From assembly GCA_034520745.1 (NCBI GenBank), contig JAXHNF010000009.1, positions 15,587 to 79,586 of the forward strand: a DNA stretch of 64,000 nucleotides, given 5' to 3'. The stretch is from Alkalibacterium sp. Its GTDB lineage: Bacteria; Bacillota; Bacilli; Lactobacillales; Carnobacteriaceae_A. A program made the position numbers and the translations under genes. This document shows, one piece after another, positions 12,299 to 22,686 of the stretch (position 1 is the stretch's first letter; the number at the start of each line of letters is the position of its first letter). Below the pieces are notes generated by a model that searched no databases, was not told where the DNA came from, and saw nothing but the letters and a program-made list of their open reading frames with translations.

Positions 12299-13801
12299 AT
12301 GAGTAATGAATCAGCGGCAAGGCTGAAGGAACTGCTGGACAGCGTCACCGAGTTGAGGGAGTCTGTGTATCTGGAAGGAACTGAATTATTTGAAAAATGG
12401 GAAAAGGACATCAAGCGTAAGGATTTTGAACTGAGTGCCAGGAATCTGGCCCATTATCTAGCGCTGAGAAGACGGGATATAAGGGACATCCAGATGAAGC
12501 TGACGCCATGGGGGCTGTCTTCTTTAGGGAGGCTGGAATCACGTACGTTGAACAATCTGGATTCTGTGCTGAGCAGTCTGTCGGCTATTGCGGAAGAGAA
12601 GGGTCAAAGACCCTATCCTTCACAGGAAACGTATGACACTGGACAGGAACAGCTGAGTAAAAATGCGGGTCAGCTGTTCGGTGACAAACCTGAAAGCAGA
12701 CATACTCGGATCATGGTCACTTTGCCCACTCAGGCAGCAGACGATGTGGCGTTTCTCAAGCAGCTGGTCAGATGCGGGATGAATGTGGCCCGGATCAACT
12801 GTGCCCATGACGATGCGCAGACCTGGGAAAGGATGGTTCAGAACGTCAGAAAAGCCGCCCGGGAAGAAGAAGGGGAAGTGAAGATCCTTATGGACATTGC
12901 GGGACCTAAAATCAGAACAGACTGGGTTTTCACCACGCTGAAAAAACCAAAAGTCCGTCCGGGAGACACATGGACACTTACAAAAAATAATGAAGATCTT
13001 CCATTGAACAATGAAACAAGCATGACCGCCGGATGCAGCATCTTAGAGATATTCGATACACTGAAAAAAGGCGATCCGGTTTTATATGATGACGGGACCA
13101 TTGAATCGGAAGTGGAGGAAATCTCTGAAGACGGAGCGGTCCTCAGAGTCAGGCGGACACGGACAGGGAAAAGTGTGCGCATCAAAGCTGAAAAAGGGCT
13201 GAATTTTCCGGAGAGTCAGTTTGATCTTGAGATGCTGACGGAACAGGACAAAAGAGATCTGGGGTTTGCGGTCGAGCATGCCGATCTTTTGGGGCTTTCC
13301 TTTGTCAAAGATGCGGAGGACATCAGAAAGGTACAGAAAGAACTCGTCAGACAGACAAGTAAAACTCAAGCAGCAGAGATTCCCCTGATGGCGAAAATAG
13401 AAACGGTGCAGGCTGTTGAAAATCTTCCTTCGATCATCATGACTGCGGCTGGAAACAACCCGTTCAGTGTCATGATCGCCCGTGGGGACTTGGCTGTTGA
13501 GACAGGCTACAGCCGTCTGGCCGAACTTCAGCAGGAAATCATGTGGATATGCGAAGCTGCCGATATCCCTGTCGTCTGGGGGACAGAAGTGCTGGATAAC
13601 ATGGTTTCGAGCGGAATCCCGACGAGAGCGGAAGTGACGGATGCTGCAGAAAGTGAAAGAGCGGAATGCGTCATGCTGAATAAGGGAGATTATCTGCCAG
13701 AGGGGGTCGCATTTTTAAGCGAGATACTCGAGAAGATGCAGGAACACCAGTACAAAAAAACGTCGCGGCTGAGGGCCTTGAACATTGCCAAAGACAAATA
13801 A
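12299..13801 (+). CDS. Atypical pyruvate kinase family protein (N-terminal extension, no C-terminal allosteric domain)
   Basis: RINCAH, DIAGPKIR, AKIE, MIARGDL, PTRAEVTDAA; protein ends shortly after the barrel. Confidence 0.82.
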   Translation: MSNESAARLKELLDSVTELRESVYLEGTELFEKWEKDIKRKDFELSARNLAHYLALRRRDIRDIQMKLTPWGLSSLGRLESRTLNNLDSVLSSLSAIAEEKGQRPYPSQETYDTGQEQLSKNAGQLFGDKPESRHTRIMVTLPTQAADDVAFLKQLVRCGMNVARINCAHDDAQTWERMVQNVRKAAREEEGEVKILMDIAGPKIRTDWVFTTLKKPKVRPGDTWTLTKNNEDLPLNNETSMTAGCSILEIFDTLKKGDPVLYDDGTIESEVEEISEDGAVLRVRRTRTGKSVRIKAEKGLNFPESQFDLEMLTEQDKRDLGFAVEHADLLGLSFVKDAEDIRKVQKELVRQTSKTQAAEIPLMAKIETVQAVENLPSIIMTAAGNNPFSVMIARGDLAVETGYSRLAELQQEIMWICEAADIPVVWGTEVLDNMVSSGIPTRAEVTDAAESERAECVMLNKGDYLPEGVAFLSEILEKMQEHQYKKTSRLRALNIAKDK

Positions 13802-13804
13802 ATA

Positions 13805-13847
13805 GAAGAGGTTGGGATCAACCGGTCCCAACCTCTTCCTTCCTTTT
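13805..13847. terminator. Terminator between PK-like and CAP genes
   Basis: GAAGAGGTTGGGA...TCCCAACCTCTTC perfect stem. Confidence 0.75.
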
Positions 13848-13871
13848 ATCATTATTCAAATCTGCGTTCTT

Positions 13872-14546
13872 TTACAAAGGTGTGCCGAACAGCTGGGTCG
13901 CATAGAGGAATTCGCCGTCATAATGCACGCCTACACCGATCTCCTCATAATCAGGGCGGATCATGTTTTCATAGTGACCCTTGCTCTCGACCCAGCCGTC
14001 AAACAAAAGCTCAGCCATTTCCTCTTCATTCAAATAATAAGTCGCCATGCCTAAATTTTCTCCAACGATTTTGTAAGGATAGGAGATCCCTTCTTCTTCA
14101 AAAACGGTAAAGGGATCTGTTCCGTTAGGACGCGTGTGTGAGAAGGACTCTTCCGTTTCTTTTGCACGAATGATGGCGGCTGCTTTCAGCATATCGTTCG
14201 AAGCCAGTGTATTGAGGTTCTGTTCCTGCCTCAGTTCGTTGACTAATGTTATGATCGTCTGTTCAACTGTGTCGTAGTCGACTTCAGCATGTTCATTCGT
14301 TTCGAGTATGGTATTGGTTTCCGTGTCAGTTTCCTCTTGAACATCGGTGAATGAGAAGTCCCCGATAGCGGGTACCGTATCGAAAGACGCTTGCAGCTGC
14401 GAGAGTTCTGTCCGCGTGGGGAGGTAGTCCACGGCGGTGTTCATCCAGTTGCCCAGACGCGTGCCGTTCAACAGCCCGCTCACGCCCAGCCAGAACCCGA
14501 TAAAAATGGCCAGCAGCAGGGAAATTAGTTTTCGTAAAACCTTCAT
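13872..14546 (-). CDS. Membrane-anchored CAP/SCP domain protein
   Basis: N-terminal TM; FSHTRPNG, GENL, W..SKGHYENM, IGVGV, YATQLF. Confidence 0.85.
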   Translation of the reverse strand: MKVLRKLISLLLAIFIGFWLGVSGLLNGTRLGNWMNTAVDYLPTRTELSQLQASFDTVPAIGDFSFTDVQEETDTETNTILETNEHAEVDYDTVEQTIITLVNELRQEQNLNTLASNDMLKAAAIIRAKETEESFSHTRPNGTDPFTVFEEEGISYPYKIVGENLGMATYYLNEEEMAELLFDGWVESKGHYENMIRPDYEEIGVGVHYDGEFLYATQLFGTPL

Positions 14547-14720
14547 GATTTTCAGACCTTTCTTTGCTGAGCATAGTGTACCAGAAAGCAGGGAACAGTA
14601 AAAGTTTAATGTCAGTTCAAAAATAAGAACATTTTAAGTCTGTTCACTTCATTTTGCTGGCGCTATTTTGTATACTGGAGAAGTTACTGTTGATTATACA
14701 TATAATTAGGAGATATCGAT

Positions 14721-16076
14721 ATGAAAAAAATGAATTCTGAAAAACTCGGCAGCATGCCCATGAATAAACTGGTCCTGACGCTGTCTGTACCGATGATGAT
14801 CTCGATGCTGATCCAGTCGCTCTATAATGTTGTCGACAGTATCTTTGTCGCCCAGATCAGTGAGGAAGCGCTGGCGGCCTTGTCTCTTGTGTTTCCCATT
14901 CAAATGCTCATGGTAGCAATCGGCATCGGCACGGGTGTCGGGATCAATGCGGAACTGTCGAAGAGTTTAGGTGAAGGGGACCGCAAATCAGCCAGTGCGG
15001 CGGCCAATAATGGGGTTTTCCTCACCATCTTTCACTACAGCCTGTTCCTCATCTTCGGCCTGACGCTTATCAGACCTTTCTTTGAACTGCAGACTGACAA
15101 TACGGAAATCATAAGGTACGGCATGGAATACACTGTTCTGATCACGACCTTGTCAGTCGGGAAGCTCATGCAGTTCACCTATGAACGGATTCTTCAAGCG
15201 ACCGGCCGGACGTTTTATACGATGATCACACAGGGCACCGGCGCTGTCTTGAATATCATCTTGGATCCGATACTGATCTTCGGCTGGTTCGGGCTTCCTG
15301 CTCTTGGCGTCCGGGGGGCAGCTATCGCGACGATCATTGCACAAATGACATCAGCCTTATTGGCAATCATTATCAATTCTAAAGTCAATGATGACATCGA
15401 TATGCATATACTTGGGAACAGACCGGACCTTAAAGTGATCCGGCGTATCTACTCGATCGGTATTCCATCGATGGTGATGACGTCCATCACATCTCTTGTG
15501 ACACTGATATTCAATAATATCCTGCTGCAGTTTTCACCTACGGCAATAGCAGTTTACGGTGTTTACATCAAGCTTCAAGGTTTTGCTTTCATGCCTGTCT
15601 TCGGTCTGAATAACGGCATGATCCCAATTGTCTCTTATAATTTTGGCGCAAAGAACCGGGAAAGGATGATCAAGGCCATCAAAGTATCATTGATGTATGG
15701 TCTGATCATCATGCTGACAGGTACGCTCTTATTTCAGGTCTTCCCCGAGCCGCTTCTTCAGCTGTTCAGTGCCTCAGATGAGATGATGGCTATCGGCGTA
15801 CCGGCCTTGAGAATCATCAGTCTGAGCTTCGGCTTTGCCGGTATCAGTATCATGCTGGGAACGGTTTTTCAGGCTGTCGGCAATGCAGTCTTGAGTCTCT
15901 GGATCCAAGTCATCCGGCAGCTCGTTGTCCTGATTCCTGTTGCTTACGCATTGTCCTTGACGGGCGATGTCAACATGGTCTGGTGGTCCAAGCTCATATC
16001 AGAAGGTGTCACGGTCGTCTTCGCCCTGTATGCCATGCGGTATGTCTATAAAAAGAAAATCGAACCATTAGTTTGA
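14721..16076 (+). CDS. MATE family efflux transporter
   Basis: SLYNVVDSIFV, NIILDPILIFG, GAAIAT; about 12 TM segments. Confidence 0.9.
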   Translation: MKKMNSEKLGSMPMNKLVLTLSVPMMISMLIQSLYNVVDSIFVAQISEEALAALSLVFPIQMLMVAIGIGTGVGINAELSKSLGEGDRKSASAAANNGVFLTIFHYSLFLIFGLTLIRPFFELQTDNTEIIRYGMEYTVLITTLSVGKLMQFTYERILQATGRTFYTMITQGTGAVLNIILDPILIFGWFGLPALGVRGAAIATIIAQMTSALLAIIINSKVNDDIDMHILGNRPDLKVIRRIYSIGIPSMVMTSITSLVTLIFNNILLQFSPTAIAVYGVYIKLQGFAFMPVFGLNNGMIPIVSYNFGAKNRERMIKAIKVSLMYGLIIMLTGTLLFQVFPEPLLQLFSASDEMMAIGVPALRIISLSFGFAGISIMLGTVFQAVGNAVLSLWIQVIRQLVVLIPVAYALSLTGDVNMVWWSKLISEGVTVVFALYAMRYVYKKKIEPLV

Positions 16077-16079
16077 CAA

Positions 16080-16130
16080 ATATCAAAGAAGGAAGCCCCC
16101 TAGCATATCGGAGGCTTCCTTCTTTGATAT
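16080..16130. terminator. Bidirectional terminator
   Basis: ATATCAAAGAAGGAAGCC...GGCTTCCTTCTTTGATAT between convergent genes. Confidence 0.8.
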
Positions 16131-16139
16131 CCAGAATAG

Positions 16140-17509
16140 TTAAGCATCCATCAGCTGTTCAATTTTTTCATATCCGTCACTGATGTTGATAATGTTTGTG
16201 AACCCGTGTTTTTCCAAAGCACCTAAAGCGATGCCTGAGCGGACGCCGGTCTGGCAGTGGATGAAAACGGGCTCGTGCTTGTCGAAGGGATCTCTTCAAC
16301 TAAAAGGTCTCCGAACAGAACCCGTTCTGCGCCTTCAAGGTGGCTGTCGTCCCATTCAGATCGGCTGCGGACATCCAGGATGTTCAAATCTGTTTCTTTT
16401 TTGCGGTACATTTTTATGAATTCTACCGCTTTGATATTCAAAGAAACCGTCTTAGTGTTTGAATGTCTTGGATCGATGTAACCTCTGACTTTATCGTATC
16501 CGATCAGCTGAAGCTGCTTAGCTGCTTCGTCGGCAGTTTCTTTACTTCCGATGAAGGTCAGTTCCTTATCATAGTCCAAAAACCAGCCGGCATAACTCAG
16601 GAAGTTGTCATTCATGGGGATATTCAGCGTCCCGTTCAGATGTCCAGCCTGGTAAACTTCTTTTGGACGAAGATCTATCGTTAAACCTGTCAGCTCGTCA
16701 GCGGCAACTGGATAGATGCGCGTGTCGGTTGCTTTAGGGACATCCAGCTTGTTGATTTTCTTCATTTCAGCAAAATAATGTGGGGGTTCCGGCTGGTCTT
16801 TGACGAGTTCTTTTTTGAAGGTCTCCTCATCGTCCAGCTGAAACGCCCAGTTGTTCTCTTTTTCGTATCCCAGCGTGCTTACCGGAACGGCACCCAGTGA
16901 TTTGCCGCAGGCGCTCCCGGCACCGTGTCCCGGCCATATCTGCAGATGGTCCGGCAGGTGCTTAGCTTTCTGGACTGTACGGTACATATCAAGGGCACCG
17001 GACTCGGTCGTCCCTTTCATTTGTGCGGCACTTTCGAGCAGATCCGGTCGACCGACATCTCCGACAAAGAGAAAATCGCCGGAAAAAATCCCCATGGGTA
17101 CAGTGGAGCCACCGCCTTTATCAGTCAGTAAAAAAGACAGACTTTCGGGTGTGTGCCCGGGAGTGTACAGCACTTCCAGGGTGATATTCCCGACTTCGAT
17201 CGTATCGCCGTCCCTCAGATATACGGTGTCTTCAGGCATGTTCTGATATTTCCAGTTTTCGTCACCCATATCTGAGACAAATAGTTCTGCCTTCAGTTTC
17301 CGGTTCACATCCCTAAGTCCCGAGGCGAAGTCGGCATGGATATGTGTTTCGGCACCCTTTGTGATTCGTAGTCCTTCAGCTTCAGCAGCTTTGACATAGT
17401 CTTCGATATCACGCAGAGGATCGATGATGATAGCGTCTCCTGTCTGCTGACAGCCGACCAGATAGGCCATCTGTGCCAGCTGTTTGTCAAAAAAAGACTT
17501 GAAATACAT
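16140..17509 (-). CDS. MBL-fold persulfide dioxygenase-rhodanese fusion (CstB-like), indel near 16285
   Basis: ETHIHADF, TPGHTPE, GDVGRPDL, PGHGAGSACGK, followed by rhodanese domains; terminal HCQTGVRS in shifted frame. Confidence 0.85.
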
Positions 17510-17676
17510 TGAAGTCAGCTCCTAAATATTAGTCTGGTTATTTATCACTCTAATAGTAACATGAGTGATGTTCAGGCCGGGAAAATTATGCCTCTCTGTC
17601 GACTCAAGGCGTAATGATCGATTTTTTCGTGACAGGTTTGGTAAGATAGAGGCAGTACTTAGAAGGAGAGATGGTC

Positions 17677-18303
17677 ATGATACCAAAAATCATTCACTAT
17701 GCCTGGTTCGGAGGCAATGAGCTTGGACCGCTGGAAGAGAAGTGTCTGGCAAGCTGGAAAAAATATTGTCCTGACTGGGAAATCAAGCGGTGGGACGAAT
17801 CCAATTTCGATCCCAGTAAACACGGTAAGTATTGCGAACAAGCTTACGAAAGAGAGGACTGGGCTTTCGTTTCAGATGTTGCGCGTTTATATGCATTGAC
17901 AGAGTATGGTGGTGTCTACTGTGATACCGATATGGAACTGATCAAACCGATAGACAAGTTCCGGAAATATCCAGCCTTTTTCAGTTTTGAGATCGAAACG
18001 GAGATATCGACAGGCATCATTGGTGCCGAGCCCCATCATCCGTTCATTGAGGAATTATATAATGATTATGAAGGAAGAGAATTTATCCTCCCAGACGGTT
18101 CACGTGATGACAAGACCAATGTCATCCGGATCACGGAAATCATGATCGAAAGAGGACTGAAACCCAATAATACACGTCAGGAAGTTGAAAACTGCACGAT
18201 ATTCCCGCGTGAATATTTTTCGCCTAAAGATTACTGGACGCGTGAAGTGGATGCAACGGAAAATACACACGGCATCCATCAGTTTACAGGCAGCTGGTTA
18301 TAA
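17677..18303 (+). CDS. Glycosyltransferase family 32 (DXD sugar-binding)
   Basis: MIPKIIHYAWFG, AFVSDVAR, GGVYCDTD, HQFTGSW. Confidence 0.88.
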   Translation: MIPKIIHYAWFGGNELGPLEEKCLASWKKYCPDWEIKRWDESNFDPSKHGKYCEQAYEREDWAFVSDVARLYALTEYGGVYCDTDMELIKPIDKFRKYPAFFSFEIETEISTGIIGAEPHHPFIEELYNDYEGREFILPDGSRDDKTNVIRITEIMIERGLKPNNTRQEVENCTIFPREYFSPKDYWTREVDATENTHGIHQFTGSWL

Positions 18304-18422
18304 AGAAAATAATAATAAACGAGTCAGAACATTTTTGTTCTGGCTTTTTTCTGTGTACCGGTGCACAGATCTTTCATTACCGTTATAATAGTCATGCGTG
18401 ATATTTTCGAGAGGGTGGTTGG

Positions 18423-20043
18423 ATGAAATTATTTATAAATGGAAAGATTTATGTAGAGCGTGAAACGTTTGCGGAAGCAATGCTCGTTAAGGGTGAGCGC
18501 ATTATTAAAGTCGGAAGCAGTGAAGAGTGCAGAACGTTATTCAGCGGGGAAACGGTCATTGACTTCAGAGGGACGGACGGTTCTGCCCGGTTTCATCGAT
18601 TCGCACCTTCATTTTCTGATGACGGCCGAATACCTGAGCCTGCTTCCGATAACAGACGTGACCTCGATCGGAGAACTGGTAAACAGATGCAAGAGCTACA
18701 TAGAGGAAGAAGGATTGACGAACCAGTCTGTCCTGTATACTGAAGGATGGAACCATACCACCTTTACGGATGAGAAGAGGATGCCTGACCGTTTTGATCT
18801 TGACAAGGCTTCAACCAAGGTTCCTATCGTACTGGTTCGTGTCGACCGGCATGTCATGAGCCTGAATACGGCAGCCTTGGATCATTTCAATATAACGGAA
18901 GAGACGGTGCTTAAAAACGGAGGCGAAATAAAAAAAGATCAGTCAAGCAGGCCTACAGGGATCCTGACAGAAGGGGCAGTCGACTTAGTCAAGGCCAGAC
19001 TCCCTCAGAAATCGAGAAAAGAGAAAAAGGCTTTACTGATAGATACAATGGAATCAGCCAACCAGGTGGGGATAACGTCCATGCACACGAACGATGCGAA
19101 AGACGATACGATCAGAGAAACATTGTCTTTATATGAGGAACTGGAAAAGGAAAAACGTCTGACGGTCCGCTTCTATCAGCAGATCTGGTTCAATGAAGGA
19201 GATTACCTGACTGACTTCTTCACCAGCGGTTATACCTTTCATCAGGGAACGAAGTGGAACAGGATCGGCCCGATCAAGTTCTTCATAGACGGGACTCTGG
19301 GTTCACGGACGGCCGCTTTAAGGGCCCCTTATTCTGACGATCAGTCAACTCATGGCATCCTGACCAAATCGGAAGAGACTTTGACTGAAGAAGTCAAACA
19401 GGCAGTGGCAAACGGCTACCAGGTGATCATTCATGGCATCGGAGACCGTGGCATCGAAATTATTCTCAATGCTTATGACAAAGCTCTGGATGGAAAGCCG
19501 AACACGCTCCGACTTGGCATCAATCATATGCAGATCACCGGGCCGGACCTCATCGAGCGTGCAGCTGAGAAAGATTATCTGACCTATGTACAGCCAATAT
19601 TTCTGGATGACGATATGCCGATCATCCGAGAGCGTGTAGGAGATGAACGTGCAGAAACGTCCTATCTGTTTCAGACTATGATCGATAAAGGCATCCACCA
19701 GTCGTTCAGCAGTGATGCCCCGATCGTTTCGCTCAATCCTTTCTATAACATTCAGTGTGCAGTGACACGCAATCGACTGGATGATCAGAGCAGTGAACCG
19801 TATCTGCCTCATGAAGCGGTGGATGTCTATTCAGCCGTCGACGCCTATACGTACGAAGGCGCTTATGCGTCATTTGAAGAAGCGGAAAAAGGCCGGATCA
19901 AAGAAGGCTACCTGGCTGACTTCATTATCCTGGATAAAGATATTTTCACCTGCAAGCCTTCTCTGATAAAGAACATCACTGTTCAGGAAACATACGTCAA
20001 CGGCAGTTGTGTGTATAAAAGGAATGAAACAAATGAGAAATAA
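18423..20043 (+). CDS. Amidohydrolase 3 family protein (YtcJ-like), indel near 18570
   Basis: PGFIDSHLH, KFFIDGTLGSRTA, HGIGD, SSDAP, GRIKEGYLADF. Confidence 0.85.
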
Positions 20044-20934
20044 CCTGATTACAAAAGCCCGTATGAAAAACATGGGACTCATCATCATCGGATCGCTGCT
20101 TTATGCGATCAGCGTCAACGTGTTTACCCTTCCGAACGGGCTGGCGGAAGGTGGACTGACGGGATTTTCTCTGATCCTGTTTTATGTTTTGAGCATCCCC
20201 CCGTCATATACGATTTTTATTGTCAATATTCTTATCCTGGCGATCGGATATAAATTCCTGGATAAAAAGACCTTGTATTATACCCTGATAGCCAACGGGA
20301 TTATCTCTGTGCTTTTGTTGGTCGTGACCCGCTTTGAATTCATTCCCGAAACGACCCTGCTGGCACCCATCGGTTCCGGCGTCTTCATGGGAGCCGGAAT
20401 CGGGCTGATCATGCTGGGACACGGCACGACAGCGGGCAGTGACATCCTCGCCAAACTCCTGCACAAGTATGCCGGTATCAACGTTCCGACGGCGCTGTTA
20501 ATGATCGATGTCTTTATCGTAGTGCCGAGCGCCTTCATCATCGGAGCAGAAAATGCATTCTGACGCTGATCAATTTATACATCCAGAGTAAAGTGATAGA
20601 CTTCATACTGGAAGGCTTGAACCCGAGGAAATCCTTTTTCATCATATCCGATAAATATGTGGAAATAGCCGAAGCCATCGAACAGCAGCTGGGGAGAGGG
20701 ATCACTATACTCGACGGTAAAGGCTACTATACGAAAGAAAAGAAAGAAATCTTATACATCATCATCAGCCGGCGGGAAGTCCTTCGTATCAAGCGGATAG
20801 TGGAAGCGATCGATCCCAATGCCTTCATGACGATCTCCCATGTTCAGGAAGTGACCGGCGAAGGTTTTACTTACTTGTCAGAAGAGGTACAGGCGCAGCG
20901 GATCACGCAGGCTGAGAAAGAATGGGTGGACTGA
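20033..20934 (+). CDS. YitT family membrane protein, indel near 20560
   Basis: AEGGLTG, TTAGSDI, LGRGITIL.GKGYYT, IDPNAFM.I..V.EV.GEGF. Confidence 0.85.
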
Positions 20935-21004
20935 TTTGGAATTGTTGTAAATTAGTTTCATTAGTTTATAATAATTATAAAGTGTAAAAATAGTTAAGGA
21001 GCAG

Positions 21005-21656
21005 ATGTATGACAGAAAATTATTGGAGCTGAATAGGGTGGGTTTCAGTGTGGACCAGGAAAAGATTCTGGATGGGGTGGATTTTTCCATCGAGAAGGGT
21101 GAGCGGATAACGATCACCGGCCCTTCAGGCGGGGGAAAGAGCACGCTTTTAAAAATAATCGCCAGCATACTGACACCTACTGAAGGAAAGGTCCGTTATA
21201 AAGGGAAAGATCTTAATGAAATAGACCCCATCGATTACCGGAAAAAAGTCTCTTATTTTTTTCAGAATGCTACGTTATTCGATCAGACAGTAAGAGACAA
21301 TCTTGCTTTTCCTTATCAGATACGAGAAGAGGAATTTAATGAGAAAAAAGCGTCTCGATGCTGGAGCGGGTGAAACTGAATCGGTCATATCTGGATAAAG
21401 CAGTCAAGGATTTGTCCGGCGGTGAAAAGCAACGCGTGGCTTTAGTCAGGAATCTGCTTTATAAGCCTGAAGTGATTTTGCTGGATGAGGTGACAAGCTC
21501 GCTGGATGCAGCCAACAAGGATATCATCTATACCATACTGGATGAGCTGAATGAAAAGAACAGATGACCATTCTTTCCGTCACCCATGATGAAAGAGGAA
21601 TCCAGCAGGCTGACCGCATCATCCGCATCATTGACGGAAAGGTGGCGGAGAAATAA
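21005..21656 (+). CDS. ABC transporter ATP-binding subunit (FetA/YbbL-like), split by indels
   Basis: [27 protein letters not shown]; stop overlaps the permease start. Confidence 0.82.
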
Positions 21657-22420
21657 TGGAAAACAGCCTGGAAATCAATAACTTGTCCCTGGTTTTATCT
21701 ACGGGACTATTGTTCATTGCCATATTTGTCAATTACAAGGAAAAACTGGATCTGGGTAATGATATATTCATTGCAGGTGTAAGAGCTGTCATCCAGCTGT
21801 TTATCATCGGTTATGTATTGAAGTATATCATTGAGGTAGAGAACTCCGTCGTCACACTGGCCATGGTCCTGTTTATTGTCTTCAATGCCGGTTTTAACGC
21901 GCATAAACGAAGCGAAGGGATCGCCAACTCACTTGTTATTTCACTGACAGCTATCGGTGTCGGGACAGCGATCACTTTAGTGACCCTCATTTTCTCCGGG
22001 GCGATAGACTGGGTCCCGTCTCAAGTCGTACCCATTACCGGAATGATCGCCAGTAATGCTATGGTTGCCATAGGCCTGACCTACCAGGCGCTGTACAGCA
22101 AGTTTACGGATCAGAGGCAGCAGGTGCTGGAGAAGCTGGCCTTAGGAGCTAATGAAAAGCAGGCATCAATGAGCATCATCAGAGAAAGTGTCAAGACGGG
22201 GATGAGTCCATCGATCGACAGTACCAAAACAGTGGGTCTCGTCAGTCTTCCGGGGATGATGTCCGGTCTGATTTTTGCAGGTGTCGATCCGACTGAAGCG
22301 ATAAGGTATCAGATCGTTGTCATGTTTATGATCATCGCTGTGACAAGCATTGCAAGCTTTATTGCCAGCTATCTGGCATACCGTGAATTCTATAATGACA
22401 GGAATCAATTGATTATTTAA
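21656..22420 (+). CDS. ABC permease, FetB/YbbM (UPF0014) family
   Basis: RAVIQL, PITGMIASNAM, GLVSLPGMMSG, AIRYQIVVMF. Confidence 0.88.
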   Translation: MENSLEINNLSLVLSTGLLFIAIFVNYKEKLDLGNDIFIAGVRAVIQLFIIGYVLKYIIEVENSVVTLAMVLFIVFNAGFNAHKRSEGIANSLVISLTAIGVGTAITLVTLIFSGAIDWVPSQVVPITGMIASNAMVAIGLTYQALYSKFTDQRQQVLEKLALGANEKQASMSIIRESVKTGMSPSIDSTKTVGLVSLPGMMSGLIFAGVDPTEAIRYQIVVMFMIIAVTSIASFIASYLAYREFYNDRNQLII

Positions 22421-22425
22421 TAAAT

Positions 22426-22466
22426 AATAAGCCTCTTACTGCCATCGTGGCAGAAGAGGCTTATTA
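22426..22466 (+). terminator. Terminator after the fetB-like gene
   Basis: TAATAAGCCTCTT-CTGCC...GGCAG-AAGAGGCTTATTA. Confidence 0.7.
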
Positions 22467-22686
22467 TATTACACTGTTACAGAATACACTATTTCTGTCA
22501 TGCTTATGTAAAAATAGAACAAATATAATACAAACCAACTAAAACGGAGTGACAAAACGACTTAACCTCTTTTCTTTTCGATAGGACGTGGTAAGATGCT
22601 TACAGTTGCAAAGGAAAACTGTTGCACGAGCAAAACCGTCGTCTAGAATTTAACCGATCGAAAGATATGAAAAGGGGAATAATTTA

